Positions 63,669 to 64,000 of a stretch of 64,000 bases of DNA are shown in pieces. The DNA is taken from assembly GCA_009784345.1 (NCBI GenBank), contig WRBW01000001.1, positions 32,971-96,970 of the forward strand, written 5' to 3'. This DNA is from Coriobacteriia bacterium (GTDB taxonomy: Bacteria > Actinomycetota > Coriobacteriia > WRKU01 > WQUG01). Made by a program: the position numbers and the translations under genes. Every line of letters begins with the position of its first letter. Position 1 is the first letter of the stretch. The notes beneath the pieces are model-generated. The model had not been told where the DNA came from. It ran no database searches and worked only from the letters and a program-made list of their open reading frames with translations.

Positions 63669-64000
63669 TTACACTCTGCCCCTACCCTCATCAATTATGC
63701 GTAGAGCTTCAATCTCCTGGCGCTCGCGCACAAGCTCTGCCTGCAACTCCTCTTCACTCGGCAAGTACAGCTTGTACCTTGCAGAATGAAGCTCACCCAC
63801 ATCGGCCATGACCGAATACCGCACGATATTTGCATCCCCGCTTGATGACAAAACGATCCCGACAGTAGGGTTATCGTCATCGCGCCTAACTTTGTCATCG
63901 TAGATGCGACGGTAAAAATCAATCTGCCCAATGTCTTGATGAGTTAAAGATCCAACCTTTAAATCAACCAATACAAAGCATTTCAAAATATAGTTGTAGA
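63669..64000 (-). CDS. DUF1016/YhcG-family PDDEXK nuclease (C-terminal part; N-terminus beyond window)
   Basis: ...KLYLPSEEELQAELV and FVLVDLKVGSLTHQDIGQIDFYRRIY (D-x-LK PDDEXK-like core). The ORF track shows 63669..63986 with no stop upstream. Confidence 0.5.
   Translation of the reverse strand, partial: YNYILKCFVLVDLKVGSLTHQDIGQIDFYRRIYDDKVRRDDDNPTVGIVLSSSGDANIVRYSVMADVGELHSARYKLYLPSEEELQAELVRERQEIEALRIIDEGRGRV

Overview
This is a GC-rich chromosomal segment that looks like it comes from a high-GC Gram-positive bacterium (Actinobacteria-like). That judgement rests on frequent GTG starts, lipobox signal peptides and a cell-wall glycopolymer locus; no organism identification was possible. 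Every call here comes from reading the sequence and from memory of protein families; no search was run. The main contents, left to right, are:

- **1-24.7 kb, core genes.** A zinc metallopeptidase cut by the window edge, a HAD hydrolase, an MgtE-N/CBS membrane protein and 5-formyl-THF cyclo-ligase. Then a class-III aminotransferase, a glycine-betaine/choline-type ABC importer without its ATPase, tRNA-Arg, an AmiS/UreI-like channel, PgeF/YfiH, RarA and an acyl-CoA synthetase. The block ends with an XRE-cupin regulator, a CNNM/CorC protein, MurB, a MerR regulator, tRNA-Ile, a P-type ATPase and tRNA-Ala.
- **4-14 kb, intergenic repeats.** The gaps in this gene array are filled by six copies of a ~40-bp palindromic repeat, GGTCAAGGGCGAGACCCCGCATCAAGTGCGGGGTGACAA, all in the same orientation.
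- **14.8-17.7 kb.** A large secreted protein fuses an RCC1 beta-propeller to a C-terminal domain carrying five CXXCH motifs and one CX4CH motif, which is typical of a multiheme c-type cytochrome.
- **25.0-47.3 kb, low-GC island next to tRNA-Ala.** A visibly AT-richer block encodes a glycerol-phosphate-containing cell-wall glycopolymer pathway. It carries rmlA, rmlB, a WecE-like aminotransferase and a WecD-like acetyltransferase, then TagD, a TagF-like enzyme and TagG/TagH-like ABC exporters, several GT2 glycosyltransferases, a Wzy/ligase-like protein and a GtrB-like enzyme with polytopic partners. Three paralogous copies of an uncharacterised ~380-aa enzyme-like domain occur here, each associated with a paralogous coiled-coil plus basic-tail module.
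- **47.4-59.0 kb.** An ABC-2 exporter, endonuclease III, a Ca-type P-type ATPase and a 1596-aa Gly/Thr-rich beta-helix surface protein.
- **59.1-64.0 kb, lower-GC accessory island.** HigB/HigA, an orphan Phd antitoxin with an operator palindrome, VapB/VapC, and four tandem small hydrophobic peptide genes (34-57 aa). Two of the peptide genes share a conserved upstream leader motif. The island ends with a truncated DUF4143 ATPase pseudogene bounded by a 58-bp palindrome and a partial DUF1016/YhcG nuclease.
- **Oriented short motif.** A 12-15-mer, GG(A/C)GGAGT(A/G)CG(T/C)CCA, is strongly over-represented on the + strand in at least 10 places, both inside and outside coding sequence. Two further copies lie on the opposite strand.
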